The position numbers were made by a program, and so were the translations under genes. From Pseudomonadota bacterium (GTDB taxonomy: Bacteria; UBA10199; 2-02-FULL-44-16; JAAZCA01), in assembly GCA_043822785.1 (NCBI GenBank), contig JBDRBN010000034.1:1-28122 (forward strand): a stretch of 28,122 bases of DNA, given 5' to 3'. Positions 17,448-26,238 of the stretch are shown here, in pieces. The notes beneath the pieces were generated by a model that worked only from the letters and a program-made list of their open reading frames with translations, searched no databases and was not told the origin of the DNA. Position 1 is the first letter of the stretch, and each line of letters begins with the position of its first letter.

Positions 17448-17465
17448 AACCGGTCTCGCATGGTT

Positions 17466-18521
17466 TTACAATATATTCGCCAACCGTTCAGCGATATTAT
17501 CCTGCACATATCTTCCTAAAGCGCGCACGGCGGATTTTTCTGCCATGGCCTCGGTCTTTTCATTGGCGCTTGTAGACCATGTTAGCGTGCCCAACGTCTC
17601 GTCGTTTGCAGGATCCATCACTTCAAGATCCAGATCCGCCTGAAAGATCTGCATATCCAACCCTTCGCCCATGTTGATCGTGCCGCGATAGGTGAGATCG
17701 GTTGTTCCCTTAAGATCATAGGTATGGGCGGAAGCACCTGCCGCCTTTCCGCTTATCATATATCCGGCTTTAGCAAGGCCCTGAATAAGATACCCCTGAA
17801 CCTTTGCTGCCGGACCTTCAATGCTCACTGCAAAGCGAATCTTCCTGCGCAGCTCGTATATGATCTTCTTTATGCTCGCGGCACGGCTTGGCATCTCAGG
17901 GTCTGATGTAAACGCCACCGGCTTAAGTATTGCTATCAAGTCCTCAAGCTGGCGCACCTCATCGATAAGCGCAACAGCTCTCTGGTAATGGCTTATCGAC
18001 GGAAGCAAACGATTATCGTTTTGCAACCTCCCTGCTTCATCCAGCTCTTCAATCATTTCGGCCTTAATCTTGGTCGTTTTGTCTTCAAGCCTCTTGGCCG
18101 ATTTTACGCGATCGAGCACTGCGAGCGCATAGAGCATGCGCTCTTTTTTATCCCTGTAATACTCCTTTATCTCAACACCCTCCAAAACCTCGTTTGCTGA
18201 TGCTGTAACCACATCCTGCTGCTTTGATACGCCCTTTTTGCCTTCTACATTGCGCTCTGCCCTTGTCGTGACTTGAACGTTGGTCCTCAAAGACTTTGCT
18301 ATCTCCGCGCGCGCCCTATCGCCCGCCCACCCCATCTGCTGCTTTTTGCCGCCTTTATCAAAGGGCACTGCGCCCACGCCGATAAAGTAGCGCGGGGACG
18401 GATATTTTTTGGACTCGCCATCCACCCAATCAGGCTTACTTTTTGCAAAGCTCGATGAAGGAAGGATCAGAAGGACGGCAATTGTTGCCAGCAATGTATT
18501 TCTTAAAATATTGTTCTTCAT
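17466..18521 (-). CDS. LPP20-domain exported protein
   Basis: Signal peptide; KPDWV...YFIGVG...ARAEIAK...LEGVEIKE...YALAVLD pattern. Confidence 0.7.
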   Translation of the reverse strand: MKNNILRNTLLATIAVLLILPSSSFAKSKPDWVDGESKKYPSPRYFIGVGAVPFDKGGKKQQMGWAGDRARAEIAKSLRTNVQVTTRAERNVEGKKGVSKQQDVVTASANEVLEGVEIKEYYRDKKERMLYALAVLDRVKSAKRLEDKTTKIKAEMIEELDEAGRLQNDNRLLPSISHYQRAVALIDEVRQLEDLIAILKPVAFTSDPEMPSRAASIKKIIYELRRKIRFAVSIEGPAAKVQGYLIQGLAKAGYMISGKAAGASAHTYDLKGTTDLTYRGTINMGEGLDMQIFQADLDLEVMDPANDETLGTLTWSTSANEKTEAMAEKSAVRALGRYVQDNIAERLANIL

Positions 18522-18543
18522 ATTATGCTCCCTGATTACTTTT

Positions 18544-18624
18544 TGTCATTGCGAGGAGTCTAACGACGAAGCAATCTCCTGAAGTTGCGGAGATCGCCAC
18601 GCCCCTTCGGGGCTCGCGATGACA
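18544..18624. repeat. REP-like palindromic repeat, copy 5
   Basis: TGTCATTGCGAG...GCAATCTCC...GGAGATCGC...GCCCCTTCGGGGC...TCGCGATGACA. Confidence 0.9.
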
Positions 18625-18625
18625 A

Positions 18626-19246
18626 CTACTGATTTTCAAGCGTCTTCTCAACAGCAGGTTCTTCCGATTTATTAAGCGCTTCGAGAGCTGCATCCATCTT
18701 TTCTTTTATGAGCTCATCCAGCTTTTGTTGGTTTAGACTGCGATTTTTCTTTCTGATGTTTTCTGCCATCTTATCGCCATATTCTTTGTCTATCTGTCTG
18801 AAGAAGTTCGTAAGATCCACCTTTATGAGCGACTGATACCCCTTATGCTTTCCGCTCTTTCCATAATGCCGCGCTACAATCACTGAACCCGTAATCGTTT
18901 CATCTGCCGAGGATTCTATAATGCTTTCTGAAATTGCATAATTTCGGCTGCGCACCTCTTCCATATAATTTTTCACAAGGCTTTGCATAAACGTAGCCAC
19001 CTGTGATCTGGCATCAAGGTCTGCGCTCTTTCTCATGTCGTATTTATCTTTCCAGTCTGGGTTGGAATAACCTATGGTCATGAAGATGTTTGACATGCGC
19101 TCCCAGGATTGGCCTTCTTTCTTCCACCACTTCTTATCAGGATCTAACTTTTGACCCCAACGGGTCTCATCCTTTGCGCAGTTTGTAATCATGGGCAAAA
19201 CGAAGATGACAGCCAGAAAAAAAGCGAGAATCCTTGAGCTGCTCAT
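18626..19246 (-). CDS. LPP20-like lipoprotein
   Basis: Start MSSSRIL (GGAGGT RBS); TN-C lipobox-like; ADLDARSQVA...ITGS pattern; first gene of the lipoprotein operon. Confidence 0.6.
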   Translation of the reverse strand: MSSSRILAFFLAVIFVLPMITNCAKDETRWGQKLDPDKKWWKKEGQSWERMSNIFMTIGYSNPDWKDKYDMRKSADLDARSQVATFMQSLVKNYMEEVRSRNYAISESIIESSADETITGSVIVARHYGKSGKHKGYQSLIKVDLTNFFRQIDKEYGDKMAENIRKKNRSLNQQKLDELIKEKMDAALEALNKSEEPAVEKTLENQ

Positions 19247-19371
19247 AAACACCTCCAAAGGCAGATTTATAGCGGTCACAATAATAAATACACCCAATAC
19301 TGTAAATATATTCTTCCTTTTAAAACTTTCCTAAATTGTCCTCTGATCCTATTAAGGTTACCGCCTCAAAT

Positions 19372-19626
19372 GATCAGCTGGGAACATCGGTTTTGGTTCT
19401 AGCGCCTCTGCCGATTAGCTGGGATAGGGATTTTCAGTTCTAGCGCCTCCACCGTCCCGCCAGCGCTCATGCCGGCGCCTTTTCGACAAACTTGGAAGCT
19501 ACCCATCCGGAAGAGTGTGCATCTCCGTTCTTGGCTATGGGAAGCCGGCGCTAAGTTATCAGCCAGCATGGCGACTGGCGGGCCGTTTCCCGGCGATGAA
19601 CTGAAAATCCCTATCCCAGCTAATCG
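19372..19626. repeat. Palindromic element with perfect 29-bp inverted repeat plus an upstream degenerate copy of the arm
   Basis: CGATTAGCTGGGATAGGGATTTTCAGTTC at 19412-19440 and its exact reverse complement at 19598-19626; inner CCCGCCAG/CTGGCGGG; related copy at 19372-19411. Confidence 0.8.
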
Positions 19627-19652
19627 TCTGAAGTAGATAGGTGAACTGTATG

Positions 19653-19895
19653 CATGTGCAAATTGAATATTCGGAGGGGAGGGTCAATTCCCGCGCATCG
19701 ACGTTTTGACCGAAGGCGTATGAGTTGCGAAAATGACGGCTGATTTCACGATTTGGCGGCCGACAGGGGAGGACGCCAAATCGTTCATACAGAGATATAT
19801 AATAGTAATGAAACCAGCGGCATTTTCGCGATGAATAGCCTGAGGGAAGGCGCTAGCGCGGGAATTGACCCTCTCCGCAGAATAATTTGCACATG
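19653..19895. repeat. Palindromic element with CATGTGCAAATT termini
   Basis: CATGTGCAAATT/AATTTGCACATG ends; perfect 18-bp arms at 19679-19696/19856-19873; inner GCGAAAATG/CATTTTCGC and CGATTTGGCG/CGCCAAATCG. Confidence 0.8.
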
Positions 19896-19967
19896 ATTCT
19901 CCTTGCCTTTTGAGTCTGCTAGGGACTAAAAACCGCATCTACACGACAGGTCCTTTAAAACATAGAT

Positions 19968-20076
19968 AGGGGCGGCCGGGTCCCATGCGATTTGGCGGCG
20001 GCGAACCCCGCCAGGCCCGGAAGGGAGCAACGGTACCCGATCGCTTTATGCGCCGTGGAAATACCTGGCTGCCTCT
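19968..20076 (+). ncRNA. ffs: Signal recognition particle RNA (small bacterial SRP, 4.5S)
   Basis: CCAGGCCCGGAAGGGAGCAACGG helix-8 motif with GGAA tetraloop; closing stem AGGGGCGGCCGGGT/ACCTGGCTGCCTCT; directly upstream of dnaX. Confidence 0.92.
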
Positions 20077-20090
20077 TTCTATATAACACT

Positions 20091-21731
20091 ATGAGCTATC
20101 AAGTCCTCGCACGAAAATATCGCCCCCAGAGATTTTGCGAAGTGGTAGGCCAAGAGCACATCACCACAACTCTCAAAAACGCTCTGGCAACTAAGCGGCT
20201 GCACCACGCCTATCTGTTCACCGGCGTGCGCGGAGTGGGCAAGACAACCGTTGCCAGAATTTTGGCAAAAGCGCTTAACTGCACAAACCCTAAAGATTCA
20301 GAGCCATGCGGCAAGTGCACCGCGTGCATCGAGATTACCGAAGGCCGGTCTATGGACGTGCAAGAGATCGACGGCGCATCCAACACCGGCGTCGATGATG
20401 TAAGAGAAATTCGCGAACGCGCAAAATACATGCCCTCATCAGGCCGCTATAAGATATACATCATCGACGAGGTGCACATGCTCTCTACTCCGGCATTCAA
20501 TGCCTTGCTAAAGACATTGGAAGAGCCGCCGCCTCATGTGGTATTTATCTTCGCCACCACAGAATCGCACAAGATACCAGCCACCATACTCTCGCGCTGC
20601 CAGAGATATGATTTCAGGCGCATACCTGCCAAGCTCACTGCTGGCGTGCTTGCGCGCATTGCAAAATCCGAAAACGTGGAGATAAGCAACGAGGCCGTAG
20701 ATATGATTGCGCGCGAGTCCACAGGCAGCTTAAGGGATGCGCAGTCTCTGTTTGACCAAGCCATAGCCTTTGCGGGCAATGATGTTGAAGCTGATTCCAT
20801 CAAATCCATGCTGGGCTGTCTTGATCGCACGCTTCTTTTTGACCTTGTGGCAGCAGCATTAGAACAAAATGCTGATAAGGCCCTTAGCATTTTGGACCAG
20901 ATATTTCAGACTGGCGCGGATCTTGTGCGCTTTGCAAGCGATGTGCTCGAAGTGATAAGGCACATGTTGGTGCTGGCAGAATGCGGGGAAGATCATCTTT
21001 CCTTAGACCTTCCAACTGATGAGATCGAAGCGCTTAGGACATTGACTAAAAAGAGCTCTGCTCCACAGCTTCATCAGATATTTTCTCTATGGTATTCAGT
21101 TGCCGAATCTGTGTCGCGTTCTCCCTTTCCCAAGATGCTTCTCGAAATCGGGCTCATTCGCCTGTGCAAAGTTGAGCCAGTAAAGCCCATAGAAGAGATC
21201 GTAGCCAAACTCGATTCCATACTGGAAGACGGCATGCCTCTTGCCACACCCGCTAGTGTAACCACCTCTGCGCCTGCGCCTATGCCTGCTGATGCAGAAG
21301 CGCATCTTACGTTTGAGCCCGCCCAGCGCTCTGCCGGTGATATTGCAAATGAACGCAGGTGGCAGGAGTTTATGAGATGGGTTGCTGGGGAAAGGCCGCA
21401 GGCTGCGGCAATTCTTCAGCAGGCTTCGCTGGAAAAAATAGATGCAAACACCGTAAACCTGCGCTTTGCAAACGCGCACTACGCAGAGATGCTTATTGAA
21501 GAGGAGAGGATGCAAAAGGCATGTGAGCTGCTCAGCACTTTTTTCAAGCGCCCCATGGAGCTTGTGGTAAATACAGATGACAATGGTGCAGCGCAACAGA
21601 ACTCGTCAAAGCAGGCATACAAGAAGAAAAAGGAGCTTATGCGAGAGACCCTGAAGGACGAGATCATCTCTCAAGCAGCAGATATACTCGGCGCAAAGCT
21701 GCATGATGTGAAGGTGGAGACCGGTGAATAG
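20091..21731 (+). CDS. dnaX: DNA polymerase III subunit gamma/tau
   Basis: MSYQVLARKYRPQ, GVRGVGKTT Walker A, IIDEVHMLS, SRC motif; start reassigned because the ORF-track start lies inside ffs. Confidence 0.97.
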   Translation: MSYQVLARKYRPQRFCEVVGQEHITTTLKNALATKRLHHAYLFTGVRGVGKTTVARILAKALNCTNPKDSEPCGKCTACIEITEGRSMDVQEIDGASNTGVDDVREIRERAKYMPSSGRYKIYIIDEVHMLSTPAFNALLKTLEEPPPHVVFIFATTESHKIPATILSRCQRYDFRRIPAKLTAGVLARIAKSENVEISNEAVDMIARESTGSLRDAQSLFDQAIAFAGNDVEADSIKSMLGCLDRTLLFDLVAAALEQNADKALSILDQIFQTGADLVRFASDVLEVIRHMLVLAECGEDHLSLDLPTDEIEALRTLTKKSSAPQLHQIFSLWYSVAESVSRSPFPKMLLEIGLIRLCKVEPVKPIEEIVAKLDSILEDGMPLATPASVTTSAPAPMPADAEAHLTFEPAQRSAGDIANERRWQEFMRWVAGERPQAAAILQQASLEKIDANTVNLRFANAHYAEMLIEEERMQKACELLSTFFKRPMELVVNTDDNGAAQQNSSKQAYKKKKELMRETLKDEIISQAADILGAKLHDVKVETGE

Positions 21732-21773
21732 CGCGGACGCGGATGCGGGCGCGGGTACGGAAGGAGTTATATA

Positions 21774-22094
21774 ATGAAGATGGATATGAAATCGATAATG
21801 AAGCAGGCGCAAAACTTTCAGGCAGAGATGCAAAAGAAGCAGGCGGAGCTTGCAAAGCTGACGTTTGAAGCAAGCTCTGGCGGAGGAATGGTCACTGCTA
21901 AAGTCAACGGCAAGCACGAGCTCATAAAGCTCACCATAGATCCTAGCATAGTGGATAAAGAGGATGTGGAGATGCTTGAGGATCTGGTGACCGCAGCTGT
22001 GAACGAAGGTTTTAAGAGGGCAACCGATGCCATACAGGAGTCGCTTTCTGGAATGATGGGTGGGCTCGGCGGCTTATCAGGGATGCTTGGATGA
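21774..22094 (+). CDS. ybaB: YbaB/EbfC nucleoid-associated protein
   Basis: MKQAQ..Q, SGGGMV, DVEMLEDLVTAAVN; dnaX-ybaB-recR synteny. Confidence 0.95.
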   Translation: MKMDMKSIMKQAQNFQAEMQKKQAELAKLTFEASSGGGMVTAKVNGKHELIKLTIDPSIVDKEDVEMLEDLVTAAVNEGFKRATDAIQESLSGMMGGLGGLSGMLG

Positions 22095-22678
22095 CGCCTA
22101 TAGACCGATTGGTACATGAGCTGGCAAAGCTGCCTGGAATTGGCGAGCGCACAGCACAGCGCTTGGCTTTTTTCATACTCAGGCAGCCAGGCGAGTATGC
22201 ACAAGCACTCTCTAGCGCACTCATGGACGTAAAGGAAAAGGTGCGCCTTTGTTCTGAGTGCATGAACCTTACTGAGAATGATCCGTGCGATATATGCTCT
22301 GATACGCGCCGCATCCCAACAGTTATATGTGTAGTTGAAGATCCGTCAGATGTTATGGCAGTGGAAAGAACCCATTCGTTTCGTGGTCATTATCATATAT
22401 TACATGGCGCGCTCTCACCATTGGATGGAGTTGGGCCTGATGACATAAAGATAGTAGAGCTAGTTCGCCGCCTTGAAGGCAGAGAAACAGAAGAAGTGAT
22501 TGTTGCCACAAACGCAAATGTTGAAGGAGAAGCAACAGCGCTATACCTCTCGAAGATCCTAAAAACCTCTGGAATAAAGATCACAAGATTGGCTTCTGGA
22601 ATTCCTGTTGGAGGAGACCTCGAATACATCGATGCCTCTACCCTCTCCCGCGCCCTTGAAGAGCGGAGAGAAATCTGA
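22091..22678 (+). CDS. recR: Recombination mediator RecR
   Basis: LPGIGERTAQRLAF, C4 zinc finger, Toprim EGEATA, GGDLEY. Confidence 0.97.
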   Translation: MTPIDRLVHELAKLPGIGERTAQRLAFFILRQPGEYAQALSSALMDVKEKVRLCSECMNLTENDPCDICSDTRRIPTVICVVEDPSDVMAVERTHSFRGHYHILHGALSPLDGVGPDDIKIVELVRRLEGRETEEVIVATNANVEGEATALYLSKILKTSGIKITRLASGIPVGGDLEYIDASTLSRALEERREI

Positions 22679-22683
22679 CTGCT

Positions 22684-22787
22684 TGTCATTGCGGGGTCCA
22701 AAGGACCGAAGCAATCTCAAGCTAATCGGGGATTGCTTCGTCGCGGAGCCTGTCCTGAGCAACGTCGAAGGGCTCCTCGCAATGACA
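22684..22787. repeat. REP-like palindromic repeat, copy 6, with reversed cassette
   Basis: TGTCATTGCG...CTCGCAATGACA; CCTGAGCAACGTCGAAGGG at 22754-22772. Confidence 0.9.
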
Positions 22788-22834
22788 GCCCCACAACTCC
22801 TTGTAATTTAAGCATATTTATTAATCGAATGAAC

Positions 22835-22863
22835 GCAACTTTGGGGTACCTGCCTGCCGATAA
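22835..22863 (+). promoter_or_regulatory. Candidate sigma-28 (FliA)-type promoter
   Basis: Consensus -10 GCCGATAA at 22856-22863, 40 nt before the ATG; GCAACTTT upstream is only a weak -35 match. Confidence 0.45.
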
Positions 22864-22903
22864 TATATATGACACGAAATATTAGTCTATTTAGGGAGGA
22901 TAT

Positions 22904-23437
22904 ATGACCGCATCAGTTGATGGAAACAAAGGATTCACAGGCCTAGCATCAGTACCTGATCCAAACGCTCCTATTAATTCAAATGACAGCGACAAGAATA
23001 AACGGCCTGTCTCTTCTAGGATGACTGGTTTGACTATGCTTCCAATTGACCCTCGTCTAGCAGGTAACATTGGAGCAGGACTTCTACCGCCAAACTATGG
23101 AACCCCTGCAGTACCCCAAAATCCTGCATCAGCACCAGCACAGCAACAGGCTGCCGACAAAAAAGATGAGAAGAATAACGGTGGAACTACAATCACTGCA
23201 GGAAAACCAAAAGAAGCCAAAGAAGAAGCCAAGAAGGAAACCAATAAGGAAGCAAAGAATGAGCTACCAGCCCAGCCAGCAAAACCAAAGCCAACTCCAG
23301 CACCTGTAGCACAACCTGCTCCTCAACCCGAACAGCCTGGCCCTTTCAGTGTGGGTGTGGAGGGCGTAACAGCAGAAAGCATTGGTTTGAGTAGCGATCA
23401 AATGGGACCCGTCAAGGGAGGCTATTATTATCTCTAG
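22904..23437 (+). CDS. Hypothetical low-complexity (Pro/Gln/Lys/Glu-rich) protein
   Basis: GGGAGGA RBS, 177-aa ORF, followed by a terminator. Confidence 0.7.
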   Translation: MTASVDGNKGFTGLASVPDPNAPINSNDSDKNKRPVSSRMTGLTMLPIDPRLAGNIGAGLLPPNYGTPAVPQNPASAPAQQQAADKKDEKNNGGTTITAGKPKEAKEEAKKETNKEAKNELPAQPAKPKPTPAPVAQPAPQPEQPGPFSVGVEGVTAESIGLSSDQMGPVKGGYYYL

Positions 23438-23458
23438 TCAATAACTTGCTAAACAATA

Positions 23459-23495
23459 AAAAAAACCCCGATGCCCCATGCATCGGGGTTTTTTT
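23459..23495. terminator. Rho-independent terminator (bidirectional form)
   Basis: A-run, CCCCGATGC-cccat-GCATCGGGG, T7. Confidence 0.88.
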
Positions 23496-23502
23496 ACCTG
23501 AT

Positions 23503-23541
23503 CTCCCCCACCCCAACCCTCCCCTTACAAAGGGGAAGGAG
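23503..23541. repeat. Short REP-like palindrome (CCCCACCCCAACCCTCCCC...GGGGAAGGAG type)
   Basis: CCCCTT-aca-AAGGGG hairpin with C-rich leader; single copy in the window. Confidence 0.45.
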
Positions 23542-23589
23542 CATTGCTCGCGCTTGCATTTACCGTAATCTCTACACATAATCCGCGCC

Positions 23590-24444
23590 ATGAACGTCAA
23601 GAGCCGCACAGTGCTTATTGCGCTTCTTTCCTCTCTTGGGCTTGCGATTGTAAAGCTGGTGGTTGGACTCATCTCATCATCCATAAGCGTTTTGGCCAGC
23701 GCTCTGGACTCCTTTGCTGATGTCTGCTCCATGGGCATAAGCCTTGTAGCCGTGAGGTCAGCAGAAAAACCAGCTGATGCTAAGCACCAGTTCGGCCATG
23801 GAAAGGCAGAGGCAATCGCCGGCCTCTTTCAAGCAGCGTTTATCGCAGTATCAGCAGGATACCTCATCATTCAGGCGTTTCACCGCATGATCGACGGATA
23901 TATGCTTGTGGATGAAGGAGTAGCCATCGCCATAATTTTACTCGCACTAGCGGTAAGTATTTTTTTAGCGCATCTGATGAAAAGAGTTGGCAGGGCTACT
24001 GAATCAGCATCTATTGCCGCCGGCGCCCTAAACTTTGGCGCAGATGTGTGGACCAATGCCGGCGTGCTCTTGGCGCTGGGCCTTGAGCTTTGGGCAAAGA
24101 TCAAAAACGCCGACCCCATAATCTCCGTAATCATCTCGTTGTATATAATAATTTCTGCGTTGCGGATTGGACACGATGCGATTTCACAACTCATGGATCG
24201 CTCCTTGCCCGGCGATATGATCGCCATAATCGACAAATGCATTTGCTCGCAAGGGCCCATGGTACGCGGCTATCACAGGCTGCGCACGCGAAAGGTCGGC
24301 GCTGAAAAGGAAATTGAGTTTCATTTAGAGATCGATCGCACAGCTAGCTTTAATGAAGCTCACAATTTAACCGAAACAATAATCGTTGATATCAAACGCG
24401 CCATACCCGGCGCTATTGTAACAGTACATACGGATCCAAAGTGA
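23590..24444 (+). CDS. Cation diffusion facilitator (FieF-like)
   Basis: SALDSFAD, KPADAKHQFGHGKAE, HRLRTR, VTVHTDP. Confidence 0.92.
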   Translation: MNVKSRTVLIALLSSLGLAIVKLVVGLISSSISVLASALDSFADVCSMGISLVAVRSAEKPADAKHQFGHGKAEAIAGLFQAAFIAVSAGYLIIQAFHRMIDGYMLVDEGVAIAIILLALAVSIFLAHLMKRVGRATESASIAAGALNFGADVWTNAGVLLALGLELWAKIKNADPIISVIISLYIIISALRIGHDAISQLMDRSLPGDMIAIIDKCICSQGPMVRGYHRLRTRKVGAEKEIEFHLEIDRTASFNEAHNLTETIIVDIKRAIPGAIVTVHTDPK

Positions 24445-24456
24445 TATAGGAGGCTT

Positions 24457-25689
24457 ATGACAAATTTTTCTGATGAATTCTTAAAAGATATTCCCAAGAC
24501 TGATTTGCACACGCACTTAGATGGCGGCATCCGTTTGAGCACGCTCATAGATATTGCGAAGGAACAGAAGATCACCCTGCCCTCTTATACTGAAGAAGGA
24601 TTGCGCGAAAAGGTTTACAAAAAGCGTTACGCTGATCTGCCGGATTATCTTCAAGGTTTTCAATATACGATCGCAGTTTCTCAAACGCCTGAAGCGCTTG
24701 AGCGCATAGCCTATGAAATGGCATTTGATAACTTTGACGAGGGTGTGTGCTACTTTGAGCCGCGCTTTGCTCCACAGCTTCATGCCAACCCATCGATGAA
24801 CGTGGACGAAGTGCTGATAAGCGTAAACAAAGGCCTTGCTCGTGCCAAAAAAGAAATCAACTCACGCAAAGAAATTAAGGATGGCGAGCTTCCCCGTTTT
24901 GAGTATGGCATCATCGGCTGTGCCATGCGCATGTTCAAAGCCCAGGGCACTGGCTATTATCACAGGCTCATGGAGATGCACCCTTATATGCCTGAAGAGG
25001 AGATGCAGGGTTTGGCTTCCATCGATCTGGTTCGGGCGCTCGTACACGCAAGGGATGTAAACGCAATACCCATTGCAGGTTTTGATCTGGCTGGCGCTGA
25101 GCGGGGCTATCCTGCAGAGACTCACAGAAAGTCATATGAGTTGGCGCTCAAACACTTTCTTAAAAAGACAGTGCACGCGGGCGAGGACTATGGCCCTGCA
25201 TCCATATTTCAAGCCATAACCGATTGCCATGCAGATCGCATCGGCCACGGCACCCATATCTTTGATGCCGATCTGGTTGAACTTCCTACAAAGGAAGAAA
25301 GAGAAAAATACGCGCGTGATCTTTGGGAGTATATAGCCGATCGCCGCATCACTATCGAGGTGTGCCTCACCTCAAATCTTCAGACCATGCCGAATCTTAA
25401 GAGCATAAAGGATCATCCTTTGGCAAAGATGTTGGATAAGCGCATTTCCGTGACCTTTTGCACTGATAACCGCCTCATCTCAAACACCAATGTCACAAAT
25501 GAGGTCAAGCTTGCGGTATCGAATTTTGAAATTCACTCCAGAAAACTAAAGGACCTCATCATCTATGGTTTCAAGCGCAGCTTCTTCCCCGGCGACTATA
25601 TGGAAAAGCGCAAATATGTGCGAAAGGTGATCGACCACTACGAAAAGATGGAAGCCAAACACGGCGTGAAGAGTTCAAAGAAGCAGTAG
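24457..25689 (+). CDS. add: Adenosine deaminase family protein
   Basis: PKTDLHTHLDG, GFDLAGAE, TVHAGE, RIGHG, EVCLTSN, TDN. Confidence 0.88.
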   Translation: MTNFSDEFLKDIPKTDLHTHLDGGIRLSTLIDIAKEQKITLPSYTEEGLREKVYKKRYADLPDYLQGFQYTIAVSQTPEALERIAYEMAFDNFDEGVCYFEPRFAPQLHANPSMNVDEVLISVNKGLARAKKEINSRKEIKDGELPRFEYGIIGCAMRMFKAQGTGYYHRLMEMHPYMPEEEMQGLASIDLVRALVHARDVNAIPIAGFDLAGAERGYPAETHRKSYELALKHFLKKTVHAGEDYGPASIFQAITDCHADRIGHGTHIFDADLVELPTKEEREKYARDLWEYIADRRITIEVCLTSNLQTMPNLKSIKDHPLAKMLDKRISVTFCTDNRLISNTNVTNEVKLAVSNFEIHSRKLKDLIIYGFKRSFFPGDYMEKRKYVRKVIDHYEKMEAKHGVKSSKKQ

Positions 25690-25711
25690 AGGCCCTTTTG
25701 TTTCCGTTATT

Positions 25712-26209
25712 TCACTTCTTTGTATCTGGCCATTTCTTTATCAACTTTTTAACATCCTCTGCAAAACTCTTTATGTCACCGCCTAAATTGCCCGAATCGA
25801 TTCCCCCGCAGTGGTAAACCGTGCCCGAAAATATTTCCTTTTGTTCATCAGAATACGAAATGCTTTCACCGGTTCCGCCTGTGCATCCTTCATTGTCTTT
25901 CAGCTTCACATTTTTTATGCCGTTTTTACGAAGCGATTTGACAATACCTTCGAACTGCTTTTCCGTTATTTTATTTTGCTTACCTGCAAGAATGTCTCCA
26001 TAGCTGTCTATCACGATCTTTGCCATGCCAGGGGTCACAGTAATCACATAACTCCTGTGATATTGGGGAGGGACGGATGCATCATGAAATTGGTAAATTA
26101 TTTTTTTAATCTGAACAGGGTTATCTGATCGGTTACTTTCACTCATGGCAAAGCCCTCTCCAAGACAGCCTGAAAATAAAATTAACGCCAATATCAATGC
26201 TTTTCTCAT
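25712..26209 (-). CDS. Hypothetical lipoprotein
   Basis: Lipobox FSG-C; DASVPPQYHRSY; CTGG and HCGG Cys pair. Confidence 0.75.
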   Translation of the reverse strand: MRKALILALILFSGCLGEGFAMSESNRSDNPVQIKKIIYQFHDASVPPQYHRSYVITVTPGMAKIVIDSYGDILAGKQNKITEKQFEGIVKSLRKNGIKNVKLKDNEGCTGGTGESISYSDEQKEIFSGTVYHCGGIDSGNLGGDIKSFAEDVKKLIKKWPDTKK

Positions 26210-26238
26210 AAGCAGCCCGTTTCATAAATTCTATTTCT

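Noticed and set aside
19372..19449. CRISPR array
   Set aside because: Only two degenerate adjacent copies with no spacer, and no cas genes in the window.
19992..20090. N-terminal extension of DnaX in the ORF track
   Set aside because: It overlaps the SRP RNA; the canonical MSYQVLARKYRP start is at 20091.
21000..21731. dnaX programmed -1 frameshift site
   Set aside because: No AAAAAAG heptamer or long A-run with a downstream hairpin was seen.
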